The position numbers and the translations under genes are program-made. Positions 31,380-40,724 of a stretch of 64,000 bases of DNA are shown here, in pieces; the stretch's first letter is position 1; the number at the start of each line of letters is the position of its first letter. The notes below the pieces were generated by a model. That model worked only from the letters and a program-made list of their open reading frames with translations. It searched no databases and had not been told where the DNA came from. This stretch comes from Alphaproteobacteria bacterium (GTDB taxonomy: Bacteria > Pseudomonadota > Alphaproteobacteria > UBA828). The stretch spans positions 1,984,001 through 2,048,000 of the forward strand of contig CBDCCI010000002.1 of the NCBI GenBank assembly GCA_965214705.1, written 5' to 3'.

Positions 31380-31946
31380 ATGCACCGCATGTTCCGCACG
31401 ATGGTCGCCGCTGCTGCCGCCATCGGCGCAACCTTGTGGATCGGAGTGCCGGCTGCGCAAGCCGCCTCCATCGGGGGTCCCTTCGAGCTCGTCGACCACA
31501 CCGGACAGACGGCCACCGAAGAAAGCTTCGACGACCGCTACCTGCTGGTCTATTTCGGCTACGCCTACTGCCCGGACATCTGCCCGACGGAGCTGCTCAT
31601 CATGGGCCAGGCAGTGGACGAGCTCGGCGACCTCGGCAACGAGGTCCAGCCGCTCTTCATCACGGTCGATCCCGCGCGCGATACGGTCGAATACCTGGCC
31701 GATTACGTGCCCTCGTTCCACCCACGCCTGATCGGGCTGACGGGCAGCGACGAGCAAATTCACGCCGCGGCCAAGGCCTACCGCGTCTTCTATCGGCTCA
31801 ACGAGCCGGACGAAGACGGCGCCTATCTGGTCGATCACACGTCCTACATCTATTTCATGGACCCCGACGGCGACTATCTGACCCACTTCGTCTTCGGCCA
31901 GGGGCCGGAGAAGATGGCGGAGATCATCCGCAAGCACCTGGATTGA
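31380..31946 (+). CDS. SCO1/SenC copper chaperone
   Basis: FGYAYCPDICP (CxxxC), ITVDPARD and YLVDHT. Confidence 0.93.
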   Translation: MHRMFRTMVAAAAAIGATLWIGVPAAQAASIGGPFELVDHTGQTATEESFDDRYLLVYFGYAYCPDICPTELLIMGQAVDELGDLGNEVQPLFITVDPARDTVEYLADYVPSFHPRLIGLTGSDEQIHAAAKAYRVFYRLNEPDEDGAYLVDHTSYIYFMDPDGDYLTHFVFGQGPEKMAEIIRKHLD

Positions 31947-31968
31947 GCAGGCGGAACCAGGCGGGCGA

Positions 31969-33117
31969 ATGGCGGATTCGGGGAGCAGCGCCGCCGCTAT
32001 CGCCGCAGCGCGGGAACGCGAGGAACGCCTGCGCTCGATCACCCGGACCGCCCCAGACGCCATCGTCATCATCGACGAGAACGGCGTCATCGATACGGTC
32101 AACCCGGCGGCGGAACGCCTCTTCGGCTATTCCAGCGCCGAGCTGGTGGGCCAGAACGTCAAGATGCTGATGCCCTCGCCTCATCGGGAAGCCCACGACT
32201 CCCACCTGGCGCGCTACCGCGAGACCAGCGAGAAGCGCGTTATCGGCATCGGCCGCGTCGTGGTCGGCAGGCGCAAGGACGGCACCACGTTCCCGGCGCG
32301 TCTCGCGATCGGCGAAATCGAGCTCGATCAGGGGCGGCTCTTCACCGGGTTTCTCCACGACGTCACCGAGCGGGAGAACATTCAGCGCCGCGCCGGCATC
32401 CTCCAGCAGGAGCTCATGCACGCCTCGCGGCTCTCCGCCATGGGGGAGATGGCGTCGGGCATCGCGCATGAGCTAAACCAGCCGCTGACAGCCGTCATGA
32501 ACTACACGCGGGCGGCGCGAAGGCGACTTGATCGCGATGAAGTGGATCCCACGCCCATCGCCGATCTCGTGGACAAGGCCGGGCAGCAGGCCGAGCGAGC
32601 GGCAGAGATCATCAAGCGGCTGCGGGGCTTCATCAAGAAGGATGAGAGCGTGCGCCGCCTGGAGCCGATCAACGCGATCGTCGAGGAGGCGGCGGCGCTG
32701 GCCCTGATCGGCGCGAGCGACCGCGATATCGAGTTGATCTTCTCGCTAGACGACGCGCTGCCGTCCGTCCTGATCGACCGCATCGAAGTTCAGCAGGTCG
32801 TGCTCAACATCCTACGCAACGCAATCGAGGCGTTCGAGGGGCCGGGGGAGCGAAAGATTCGCATCGCGACCTGGGCAGCCAGCCCCCGGCAAATCCAAGT
32901 CGATATCGAGGACAACGGCCCCGGCCTTGCGCCGGGCGTCGAGGACAATCCCTTCCGCCCCTTCCAGACCACCAAGGCGGATGGCCTAGGGATCGGCCTC
33001 GCCATCAGCCGCACGATCATCGATGCCCACGGCGGGCGGCTCTGGGCCGAGAACGCACCGGAGGGCGGCGCCGCCTTCCACTTCCTGCTGCCGGCCGGGG
33101 CCGGGGCCAATGAATGA
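31969..33117 (+). CDS. fixL: Heme-PAS oxygen sensor histidine kinase
   Basis: PAS-heme motif LMPSPHREAHDSHLARY...IGIGR...RKDGTTFP and H-box AHELNQPL. Confidence 0.88.
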   Translation: MADSGSSAAAIAAAREREERLRSITRTAPDAIVIIDENGVIDTVNPAAERLFGYSSAELVGQNVKMLMPSPHREAHDSHLARYRETSEKRVIGIGRVVVGRRKDGTTFPARLAIGEIELDQGRLFTGFLHDVTERENIQRRAGILQQELMHASRLSAMGEMASGIAHELNQPLTAVMNYTRAARRRLDRDEVDPTPIADLVDKAGQQAERAAEIIKRLRGFIKKDESVRRLEPINAIVEEAAALALIGASDRDIELIFSLDDALPSVLIDRIEVQQVVLNILRNAIEAFEGPGERKIRIATWAASPRQIQVDIEDNGPGLAPGVEDNPFRPFQTTKADGLGIGLAISRTIIDAHGGRLWAENAPEGGAAFHFLLPAGAGANE

Positions 33118-33736
33118 CCGGGCCGAGGCCGTCGCCGTCATCGACGACGACGATGCGGTGCGCGATTCCCTGAGCGCGCTGCTGGAGGCCGCCGGCTACG
33201 ACGTCGACACCTATGACTCGGGGCGGGCTTTCCTGAACGCCCTGCCCCAGGCCTTGCCTGCCTGCGCGCTCGTCGACGTGCGGATGCCGGAAATGGACGG
33301 GCTGGAGCTGCAGCAGCGTCTGACGGACGTCGCGCCGGCGCTACCAGTCATCATCATCACCGGCCACGGCGACATCGCGATGGCAGTGAAAACGATCAAG
33401 GCGGGCGCTGTCGATTTCGTCGAAAAGCCGTTTACGGACCGCACCATCCTCGACGGCATCGCGCAGGCTCTGGCATTGCGCGAGGAGACGCTGAGCCGCG
33501 AGGCGCGACGCCTCGACGTGGGCCGACGGCTCGATCGGCTCACCGCGCGGGAGCGTGAGGTCTTCGAGCGGCTCGCCCGCGGCAGTGCCAACAAGGTCAT
33601 CGCTCGCGAGCTCGGCATCAGTCCACGCACCGTCGAGGTGCATCGCGCGCGGGTCATGGAGAAATTGCAAGCACCGAGCCTCTCGCACCTGGTCCGCATG
33701 GCCATGATCGCGCAGGTGGATATGGGCGACATCTGA
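33110..33736 (+). CDS. fixJ: Response regulator (receiver + LuxR HTH)
   Basis: Motifs DVRMPEMDG, GHGDIAMAV and ISPRTVEVHRARVMEKL; overlaps the fixL stop. Confidence 0.9.
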   Translation: MNDRAEAVAVIDDDDAVRDSLSALLEAAGYDVDTYDSGRAFLNALPQALPACALVDVRMPEMDGLELQQRLTDVAPALPVIIITGHGDIAMAVKTIKAGAVDFVEKPFTDRTILDGIAQALALREETLSREARRLDVGRRLDRLTAREREVFERLARGSANKVIARELGISPRTVEVHRARVMEKLQAPSLSHLVRMAMIAQVDMGDI

Positions 33737-33893
33737 TTACCCGCGGCGCATAGCGGCGTGCCGCCACCGGATGCCATTGGTGCTGCCCCGTAGGGAGAAT
33801 TCCTTACGCAACCACCCCAATTGCGCGGCCACGCGAAAACCACGAAATACCCGTCCGGGAAGCCCGCAACTGCTGCGGGAAGGGAAGATCACC

Positions 33894-34628
33894 ATGAGCG
33901 TTGCCGCTAGGAATCGGGCGGTGCATCCGGCCGCTGCCGGGGAGCCGCCCGCCGGGTTCGACCGGCTCGACGGAATTGGCGTCATCAAGCATCTGGTACC
34001 GCATGAATCGCTGGCGCTCGAAGGCGATTCCGCAGATCGCTTCCATCGGGTGCTGAGAGGCACCATCGCCGGCTACAAGGCGACGGCGGACGGGAGACGG
34101 CAGATCATCACGTTCTTCTTCCCCGGTGATCTGGTGGGGCTCACGGTGGGCGAACGTTATGCCTACAGCGCCGAGGCGGTCGATCGGGCCAGCGTCCGTT
34201 CCGTCCCGCAAGCCCGGCTGAGAGAGCTCGCGGCATCGGCGCCGGCTCTGCGCGAGAGCCTGCTCGACGCCTTGCACCGGGAGCTCTCGGCTGCACAGGA
34301 GCGGCTGTTGTGGATCGGGCGAAAGACGGCGCGAGAGCGACTCGCCGGCTTCCTCCTGGAATGCGACGGCCGCGTCGGGCTGCACGACAAGGACGGGCGG
34401 CGGATCGTTCCGCTGCCGATGAGCCAGCTCGAGATCGGCGATTATCTGGGTCTCGCCTCCGAGACGGTGAGCCGGGCTCTCGCCGAGCTGGTGCGGGATG
34501 GCACCATCGAGATCGTGCGTCCCTTCGCCGGCGTCATCATCCGCGACCACCGGTGTCTGGAGCGCGCGGCGGACGAGGGCGGCCCTCCCACCTACTCTGC
34601 CCCGCTCTTCTCAGAATCGAAGCCGTAG
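33894..34628 (+). CDS. fixK: Crp/Fnr-family regulator without the Fnr Cys cluster
   Basis: DGRRQI..F.FPGD and HTH IGDYLGLASETVSRAL; lies directly after fixLJ. Confidence 0.75.
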   Translation: MSVAARNRAVHPAAAGEPPAGFDRLDGIGVIKHLVPHESLALEGDSADRFHRVLRGTIAGYKATADGRRQIITFFFPGDLVGLTVGERYAYSAEAVDRASVRSVPQARLRELAASAPALRESLLDALHRELSAAQERLLWIGRKTARERLAGFLLECDGRVGLHDKDGRRIVPLPMSQLEIGDYLGLASETVSRALAELVRDGTIEIVRPFAGVIIRDHRCLERAADEGGPPTYSAPLFSESKP

Positions 34629-35163
34629 CGCGCCGCCGCCGCAGCGGAGACATAGCCCTCACGGAGATCCTCCGCGACCATCTCGGGCGCTCTCGTGCCC
34701 GGCTTGCCGTACCCGCCGCCGCCGCAGGTCGTGAGTCGCACCCGGTCGCCGCGCCGGATCGCCACATTGGCGAACTTCGACGGCGAGACCTTGCCCCAGG
34801 CCGCGCACGCGTCCTGCCAGCTCTCTGAATTCGCTCGCCGAACGAGGAGCGAGGCGGCTCCTCCCTCTCCTCCCCCCAGCAGCCCCCACGGCCCGGTCCG
34901 ATGGCGGTCCCCCATGTGGCTGATCGTGATCTCGTCGGCCTGGCAGACGAGGGTTTTGGTGCTGCCGAGACCGCCTCTGTAACGGCCGGGACCGCCGGAA
35001 TCTTCAACCAGGGAAAGGGTCTCCACCAGCCACGGAAAGCGCGTTTCGTAGACCTCGACGGGTACGGTGCGGCAGTTGCCGTTGATGCAATTACAGGTGT
35101 CGTGGCCGTCGGCGAACGGGCGCCCGCCCCAGCCGCCGATCATGAAGTCGTAGCAAACGTAGT

Positions 35164-37187
35164 GTGTGCTGGGCAGCGCCCAGATCAGGTGGGTTCAAGT
35201 CCCACTGGCGCTCGGGTAAGGGGCGCCATATCCAAAAGTGGGGGTAATTCCTCACTGGCCGGAGTGAGCCGATAAGCGAAACTCTAAACGGGCACGAAGC
35301 CGGAAACGGCGGAGACAGCCAAGGGAGGAGCTAAGTTGGTCCACTGTCGAAAGACAACCGGAAGGCAGGGTGTCCACCGCGAGGTGGAATCTGAAGGGCT
35401 TGCGGAGAAGTACCGGGCCGTAATCGAGGGGGCCACCCCATGATGAATCGGTCGGCCAAAGACGGGGCAAGGTCGAGCCGGCACTATGGCGGCGAAGGCG
35501 TTCTTACCCACCCGTCGCACCAAGGTGTTTGCGAGCGGCACGGTACGGAAGATCTGGACGTGACCCCAGGAGGGCTCGCCGCGTTCCCGGGTGGCACCGG
35601 GATAACGGACCCTATAAGCCGAAAGGCGAAATGGGAAAGGATGCGCGGCGAGCAATCGGACAACCGAATAGTACCTGAAGCCCGGCGAAAGCCGGGTGAC
35701 CGCGCGAGCGGCGGCCGTGTGGGCCGGGGAAGTCGGTTGGCAGAGGTGGTCGGCGAGAGACAGCGATGAGTGAGTAAGGACCATGACGCGGACAAGTTCC
35801 TTGAGCGAAAGACCCGGACATCATGGCCCGAGGAGACTCATCGACTGGATCAACCCGGCGGGTGACAGGAAGGTCCACTCACTGGTGGACAAGGTGTACA
35901 AGCGGAAGAACCTTGAGGTGGCCTGGGAAAAGGTGAAGCGCAACCGGGGTGCCGGTGGCGTGGACGGAGAGGATTTAGCGGCGTTCGAGGCATCGCTGGA
36001 TGCAAATCTCGATCGCCTGCACCGGGAGTTGCGGGACGGTGAGTATCACCCGCAGCCGGTTCTCCAATGCCTGATCCCCAAGGCGGGCCAGCCGGGGAAG
36101 TTCCGCCCGCTCGGCATCCCGACAATCTACGACCGGGTGTGCCAGCAGGCGCTGCTGAACCGGCTGGAACCGATCTTCGAGCCGGTGTTCGACGATGCCA
36201 ACTACGGGTACCGGCAAGGAAGGTCTGCCCATGGAGCGTTACGCAAGATATGGAGGGAACTGGACGAGGGCAACGAGTGGGTTCTCGATGCGGATTTGAA
36301 AGACTTTTTCGGGTCCGTGGACCACGAAAAGCTCCTCGAACTCGTCAACCAGCGAGTCTCGGATGGCCGGGTATTAGGTCTGCTCAGGCAGATGCTCACG
36401 GCCGGGGTGGTGGCCGACGGTAAGAGGCTGCCGACCGAACAGGGCACTCCGCAGGGCGGCATCGTTTCACCGCTGCTCAGCAATATCTTGCTGACCCCGT
36501 TCGATTGGGAAATGCGTCGTCGCGGCTATCGACTAACGCGATACGCCGATGATTGGCTGATCACGTGCCGCACACGCGGGGAAGCCCGCGCAGCACTGGA
36601 GACGGCCAGGCGGATTCTGGCAAAGCTGGGTGTGTCCCTCAACGCCGGGAAGACCCGCATTGTCCATGTCAGGCACGGGTTTGAGTTCCTCGGCTACAAG
36701 ATCAAGCAGGGCGAGCGGCCTCTCCGGCTGTCGTCCTCCAAGATCAAGAGCGGGGTTCGCGGGGGAGCGCGCTACGCGGTTCCGCGTGAGAAATCCATCC
36801 GGCACTTCAAGGACCAGATTCGCCAGCGTACCCGGCGCAAGGCTCCTGTCAGCACGCAGGAGCTGATTGACGAGATCAACCCGATCATTCGGGGATGGGG
36901 CCAATACTATTGCAAGGCCCACGTCCGCGGGCTCTTCCACCAGCTTGACGGCTGGATCGTGCGGCGGCTCTGGTCGCATCGTCGCAAGCGCTGGCGCAAC
37001 GCTGGCTGGAAACAGTTGCCGGAGCGCAAGCTGATCGACGAATACGGGCTTGTTCGCCTGATCTCACTGGTTCCGTCCTTGAACCTTCGTTGAGACACCT
37101 TTGTGAAAGCGGCTTACGGGAAAACCGTACGGGCCGTTTGAGCGGCGGACGGAGGCTAGCCTCGCGGGGCGCCTCCTCCGACCCGAC
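35164..37187 (+). mobile_element. Complete group II intron (2024 nt)
   Basis: 5' end GTGTG; domain V AAAGCGGCTTACGGGAAAACCGTACGGGCCGTTT (about 37106-37139); 3' end CCGACCCGAC. EBS1 ACTATG (35483-35488) pairs with the flank CGTAGT. There is no target duplication. Confidence 0.93.
35783..37093 (+). CDS. ltrA: Group II intron reverse transcriptase/maturase with no endonuclease domain
   Basis: Motifs GAGGVDG, RPLGIPTIYDRVCQQA, GTPQGGIVSPLLSN, RYADD and NPIIRGWGQYY; 436 aa with no HNH. Confidence 0.95.
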   Translation: MTRTSSLSERPGHHGPRRLIDWINPAGDRKVHSLVDKVYKRKNLEVAWEKVKRNRGAGGVDGEDLAAFEASLDANLDRLHRELRDGEYHPQPVLQCLIPKAGQPGKFRPLGIPTIYDRVCQQALLNRLEPIFEPVFDDANYGYRQGRSAHGALRKIWRELDEGNEWVLDADLKDFFGSVDHEKLLELVNQRVSDGRVLGLLRQMLTAGVVADGKRLPTEQGTPQGGIVSPLLSNILLTPFDWEMRRRGYRLTRYADDWLITCRTRGEARAALETARRILAKLGVSLNAGKTRIVHVRHGFEFLGYKIKQGERPLRLSSSKIKSGVRGGARYAVPREKSIRHFKDQIRQRTRRKAPVSTQELIDEINPIIRGWGQYYCKAHVRGLFHQLDGWIVRRLWSHRRKRWRNAGWKQLPERKLIDEYGLVRLISLVPSLNLR

Positions 37188-38374
37188 ATTCGCCGGTCGC
37201 AGGGTGCTGACCGCCGAACAGGAAGTTGCAATGGGTGCCCGCGTCGGGGGCAAACGTCCGATCGGGCACGCGCTCCGATAGCGCGGCGATGACGGCGTAG
37301 CAGAGCCTGAGATGGGTCTCGGTGTTGCCGCCGACCTCAGGCGCGGGATAGTCCACATTGGCGACGCTGCCGGGGCGCGCAAGAACGCGGATGGGGCGAT
37401 AGCACCCGGCGTTGCGCGGGATCGACGGGTCGGTGACGTGGAGCATCGCGTTGAAGGTGGCCGACCAGGTGACTCCGAGTGTCGCGTTGATCGCACCGCG
37501 CGCCTGCGGGTCGCTGCGTGCGAAATCGGCAACCAGCTCGTCTCCCTGCACGAAGACATCGACCGCGACCTTGCGCGGCCGGTCCTCGATGCCGTCGTCC
37601 TCCATGTGGTCCTCGAAGCTGTAGCGTCCGTCCGGGATGGCCGCTATTTCCGCGCGCATGCGGCCCTCGGAATAGCGGATGAGCGCGTCGGTCAGCGCGG
37701 AGAAGCGCGCCTTGCCGTATTTCTCGATCAGCGCGCTCATGCGGCTCGCGCCGGTCTCGCAGGCGCTGATCATTGCGCGGTAATCGCCGTAGTTGTGGCG
37801 CGGCGTGCGCACGTTCGCGAGGACGAGCTTCCAGACTTCCTCGACATCCCCGCCGCGCCGCTTGATGTGGACCGGCGGCACACGCATGCCTTCGTGAAAG
37901 ATTTCCGTGCCTTCACTGGCGAAGCTGCCGGGCACCATGCCGCCGATCTCCGCCACATGACCGATGGAGACGGCGTATCCCATCAACTCGCCGTCCACGA
38001 AGAACGGCATGAAGAAGGTGTGGTCAGGCGTGTGCAGGCCGCCCCGGTAGGGGTCGTTGTGCATGATGACATCGCCCTCGGCCAACCCCTTGCACGCCAT
38101 CTCGCGCACGCAGCTCTTGATGACGACTGGCATACCGCCGATATGCGCCGGGCAGAAGTCCGCCGCCGCGATCATGTCGCCCTTCGCATCGGCGAGGACG
38201 CAGGTGAAGTCGAGGGCCTCGTTGAAGATCGTCGAGTACGACGTCTTCATCAGGGTGATACCCATTTCCCGGCAAATGGAGAGCATCGTGCCCTCGAGGA
38301 TGCTCATCGCCACGACATCCTCGGTCGGCCGCTCACTCATGATGGGCCCCTTTGCGCGTCGTCCCGATACCCGC

Positions 38375-38458
38375 TGGGGGCTCATGCGCCCCGAGGGTGT
38401 CGGAATGGTTCACGACCATACGGAAGCCGTCAAATGGCTGGAGCGGGCCGCGCAAGCC
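38375..38458 (+). pseudogene. Degenerate single Sel1-repeat remnant
   Basis: Translates as WGLMRPEGVGMVHDHTEAVKWLERAAQA, resembling LGxMYxxGxGVxxDxxEAxxWxxxAA. Confidence 0.5.
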
Positions 38459-38489
38459 CGCTCGCCGCCTCTACGCTACCGGGACTTAG

Positions 38490-39691
38490 GGAAGGTCTGA
38501 TCAAGTCGGGTGTGCCATGATTTTCGTAGGAGTCGCAGATTGGATGATCGGGTCATGGCACAGGCGAGCTTTTCGGAACTGGAGCACGACTTGAAGAAGC
38601 GCCGGACGCGGCGCGAGCTGTTCCTGGAGAAGATGGACAAGCTGGTTCCCTGGGAGCGGCTGGAACGGCGGATCGAGCCGTTCTATCCGAAGGCGGGGCG
38701 CGGTCGGCGCCCGTACCCGCTTGCGGTGATGCTGCGCGTTCACTGCGTGCAGCTGTTCTACAACCTGAGCGATCCGGGGATGGAGGACCTGCTCTACGAG
38801 GTGGAGTCGGTGCGGCGTTTCGTGGGGCTGCGGCTGGCGGAGGCGTTGCCTGACGAGACCACCATCCTGAACTTCCGGCATCTTCTGGAGAAGCACGGCC
38901 TGGGCGAGGGTCTGTTCGAGGAGATCAATGCGCACCTGGCGTCGCGCGGCCATTGGCTGCGCACGGGGACGATCGTTGACGCGAGCATCATCGAGGCGCC
39001 GTCGTCGACGAAGAACCGGCGCCGCGCACGGGACCCTGAGATGCGTCAGACGAGGAAGGGCAAGCAGTGGTATTTCGGGATGAAGGCGCACATCGGGGTG
39101 GACGCCGGGTCGGGTCTGGCACACAGCGTGGTGACGACGGCGGCCAACGCAAGCGACGTGACGCAGGCGGGAGCGCTGCTGCATGGCGCTGAGACGACGG
39201 CGTGGGGCGACGCGGGCTACCAGGGGGTGGAGAAGCGTCCCGAGCACCGGGATGGCGGTGTCGAGTGGCGTGTGGCGATGAAGCCGGGGCGGCGCCGGCT
39301 GCTGGCCGGGGGTGGCGCCGAAGCGGCGGCCGAGACGCGCAAGGCGTCGGTGCGGGCGAAGGTGGAGCATCCGTTCCTGTACGTGAAGCGGCACTTCGGC
39401 TACGCCAAGGTGCGCTACCGGGGCGTGGCGAAGAACAGGCAGCGCATCGCGTTGCTGCTGGGGTTCTCGAACCTGCTGATCGCCGGCCGCTACGCGACGC
39501 AATGACAGGGGAGCAGTCCGCCCGCCGCCGGCGGGACGACGGGGAATGCGGCGGATCGACGCGGATATCGCCCGTTCGCTCCGTATCCCGCGACAAAAGC
39601 AGCCCCCGGCCTGCCGGCAATATCGTCGAGCTTCAAATCCAAGCCCCCTCTCCCCCTCGAAGCCGCCAAGATGGGGTTGTTCAGACTTTCC
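38490..39691 (+). mobile_element. IS5-family element, copy 1 (1202 bp)
   Basis: IRs GGAAGGTCTGATCAA / TTGTTCAGACTTTCC; TTAG duplication at 38486-38489 and 39692-39695. Confidence 0.95.
38555..39505 (+). CDS. IS5-family DDE transposase
   Basis: Motifs PDETTILNFRHLLE, IVDASII, WYFGMKAHIGVD, GDAGY and RAKVEHPF. Confidence 0.95.
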   Translation: MAQASFSELEHDLKKRRTRRELFLEKMDKLVPWERLERRIEPFYPKAGRGRRPYPLAVMLRVHCVQLFYNLSDPGMEDLLYEVESVRRFVGLRLAEALPDETTILNFRHLLEKHGLGEGLFEEINAHLASRGHWLRTGTIVDASIIEAPSSTKNRRRARDPEMRQTRKGKQWYFGMKAHIGVDAGSGLAHSVVTTAANASDVTQAGALLHGAETTAWGDAGYQGVEKRPEHRDGGVEWRVAMKPGRRRLLAGGGAEAAAETRKASVRAKVEHPFLYVKRHFGYAKVRYRGVAKNRQRIALLLGFSNLLIAGRYATQ

Positions 39692-40117
39692 TTAGCCGTC
39701 GCGGTGGGTGCGCTCGTGGCGCTCGTGACGCTCCTGCGCCTCGACACTAAGGGTCGCGATCGGGCGGGCTTCCAGGCGGCGGATGCTGATGGGCTCGGCG
39801 GTCTCCTCGCAATAGCCGTAGGAGCCGTCGTCGATCCGCTGCAGCGCAGCTTCGATCTTCGAAACGAGCTTGCGGGCCCGGTCCCGAGTGCGAAGCTGGA
39901 CCGAGCGTTCCGATTCGACGGCGGCGCGATCCGCCAGATCGGGCTCCTGCGCGGTATCGAGCCTGAGCTTCTCGAGGGTTGCGTCGGTTTCGTCGAGGAT
40001 ATCCTGCCGCCACATTTCCAGCTTGCGCCGGAAATACTCCCGCATCCGCGGCGACATAAACTCCTCCCGGCTCGTTGGCCGGTACTTGTTCGGGAGCTTA
40101 ATTTGCTTCTGCGCCAC
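39692..40117 (-). CDS. dksA: RNA polymerase-binding factor DksA (one-Cys alphaproteobacterial type)
   Basis: Motifs DLADRA, RTRDRARKL and YGYCEETAEPISIRRLEARPIATLS; GTG start at 40117. Confidence 0.93.
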   Translation of the reverse strand: MAQKQIKLPNKYRPTSREEFMSPRMREYFRRKLEMWRQDILDETDATLEKLRLDTAQEPDLADRAAVESERSVQLRTRDRARKLVSKIEAALQRIDDGSYGYCEETAEPISIRRLEARPIATLSVEAQERHERHERTHRDG

Positions 40118-40150
40118 TGTCTTGCCGCGTCCCCCTTGAAATGGGCGCGG

Positions 40151-40179
40151 AGTATAAGAATGCACCGGCGCCTCGGCAA
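40151..40179 (-). promoter_or_regulatory. Sigma70-type promoter of dksA
   Basis: The minus strand reads TTGCCG-N17-TATACT followed by GC-rich CCGCGCC. Confidence 0.55.
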
Positions 40180-40378
40180 GCCATTCCGACGCTCTTCCCC
40201 GCTCGTGTTAGAGAATTTGTCTTGGCGAGCATTTCATTACAATTCAATGAATTACCTGAAACTCTTGAGATCGTGAGGAGTATCGGGACGCCCGGAAATG
40301 GCCGACGGAGCATCGCACGGCTATCATGGCCGGGGGCGAGCAGGACCTCGCGGCCTGCCGGTTTGAGAGAGGAAAGAG

Positions 40379-40576
40379 ATGGTCGAGGGCCTCGCGCCAG
40401 GCGACTGGGTCACGAACCCGCACGCACCGGAATGGGGCCTCGGGCAGGTGCAGTCTGTGATCGGCGACCGGGTGACGGCGAATTTCGAAAATGCGGGAAA
40501 ACGTCTGATTAACGCCGCCGTGGTCAGCCTTACTAAAGTCGATTCACCCGCACCGCTCGACGAGGACCCGTTCTGA
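40379..40576 (+). CDS. DUF3553-like small protein
   Basis: PGDWV.NP..PEWGLGQVQSVIGDRVTANFENAGK pattern; purine-rich RBS. Confidence 0.75.
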   Translation: MVEGLAPGDWVTNPHAPEWGLGQVQSVIGDRVTANFENAGKRLINAAVVSLTKVDSPAPLDEDPF

Positions 40577-40724
40577 GCGCCCCGGTCGCCGCCTCGCGAC
40601 GCGGCGCACCTGGATCGACATTCAAACTAATTCTCGACCGTCGACCGACTAGGTGTTAGGCATCGGGGCAGCTCGTCATACCGCCCGCCGAACTCGGTGG
40701 AACAACAATCGTCGGAGACCGTGA

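Larger units (their letters stand above)
34592..38340 (-). pseudogene. Hydantoinase B/oxoprolinase interrupted by an antisense group II intron (exons 38340-37188 and 35163-34592)
   Basis: Joining the two parts restores the frame ...HPATGE-YYVCYDFMIGGWGG... (574 aa). Motifs NDPYRGGLHTPD, DSGGPGRYRGG and TCGGGGYG. Confidence 0.9.

Noticed and set aside
35783-37093. RT as a retron, DGR or defence RT
   Set aside because: It has full group II intron boundaries, domain V, an EBS1-IBS1 match and a maturase region. No template/variable repeat pair or msr-msd was seen.
40205-40270. AT-rich patch between dksA and the DUF3553-like gene
   Set aside because: It is consistent with a divergent promoter region; no repeat, att site or RNA gene could be supported.
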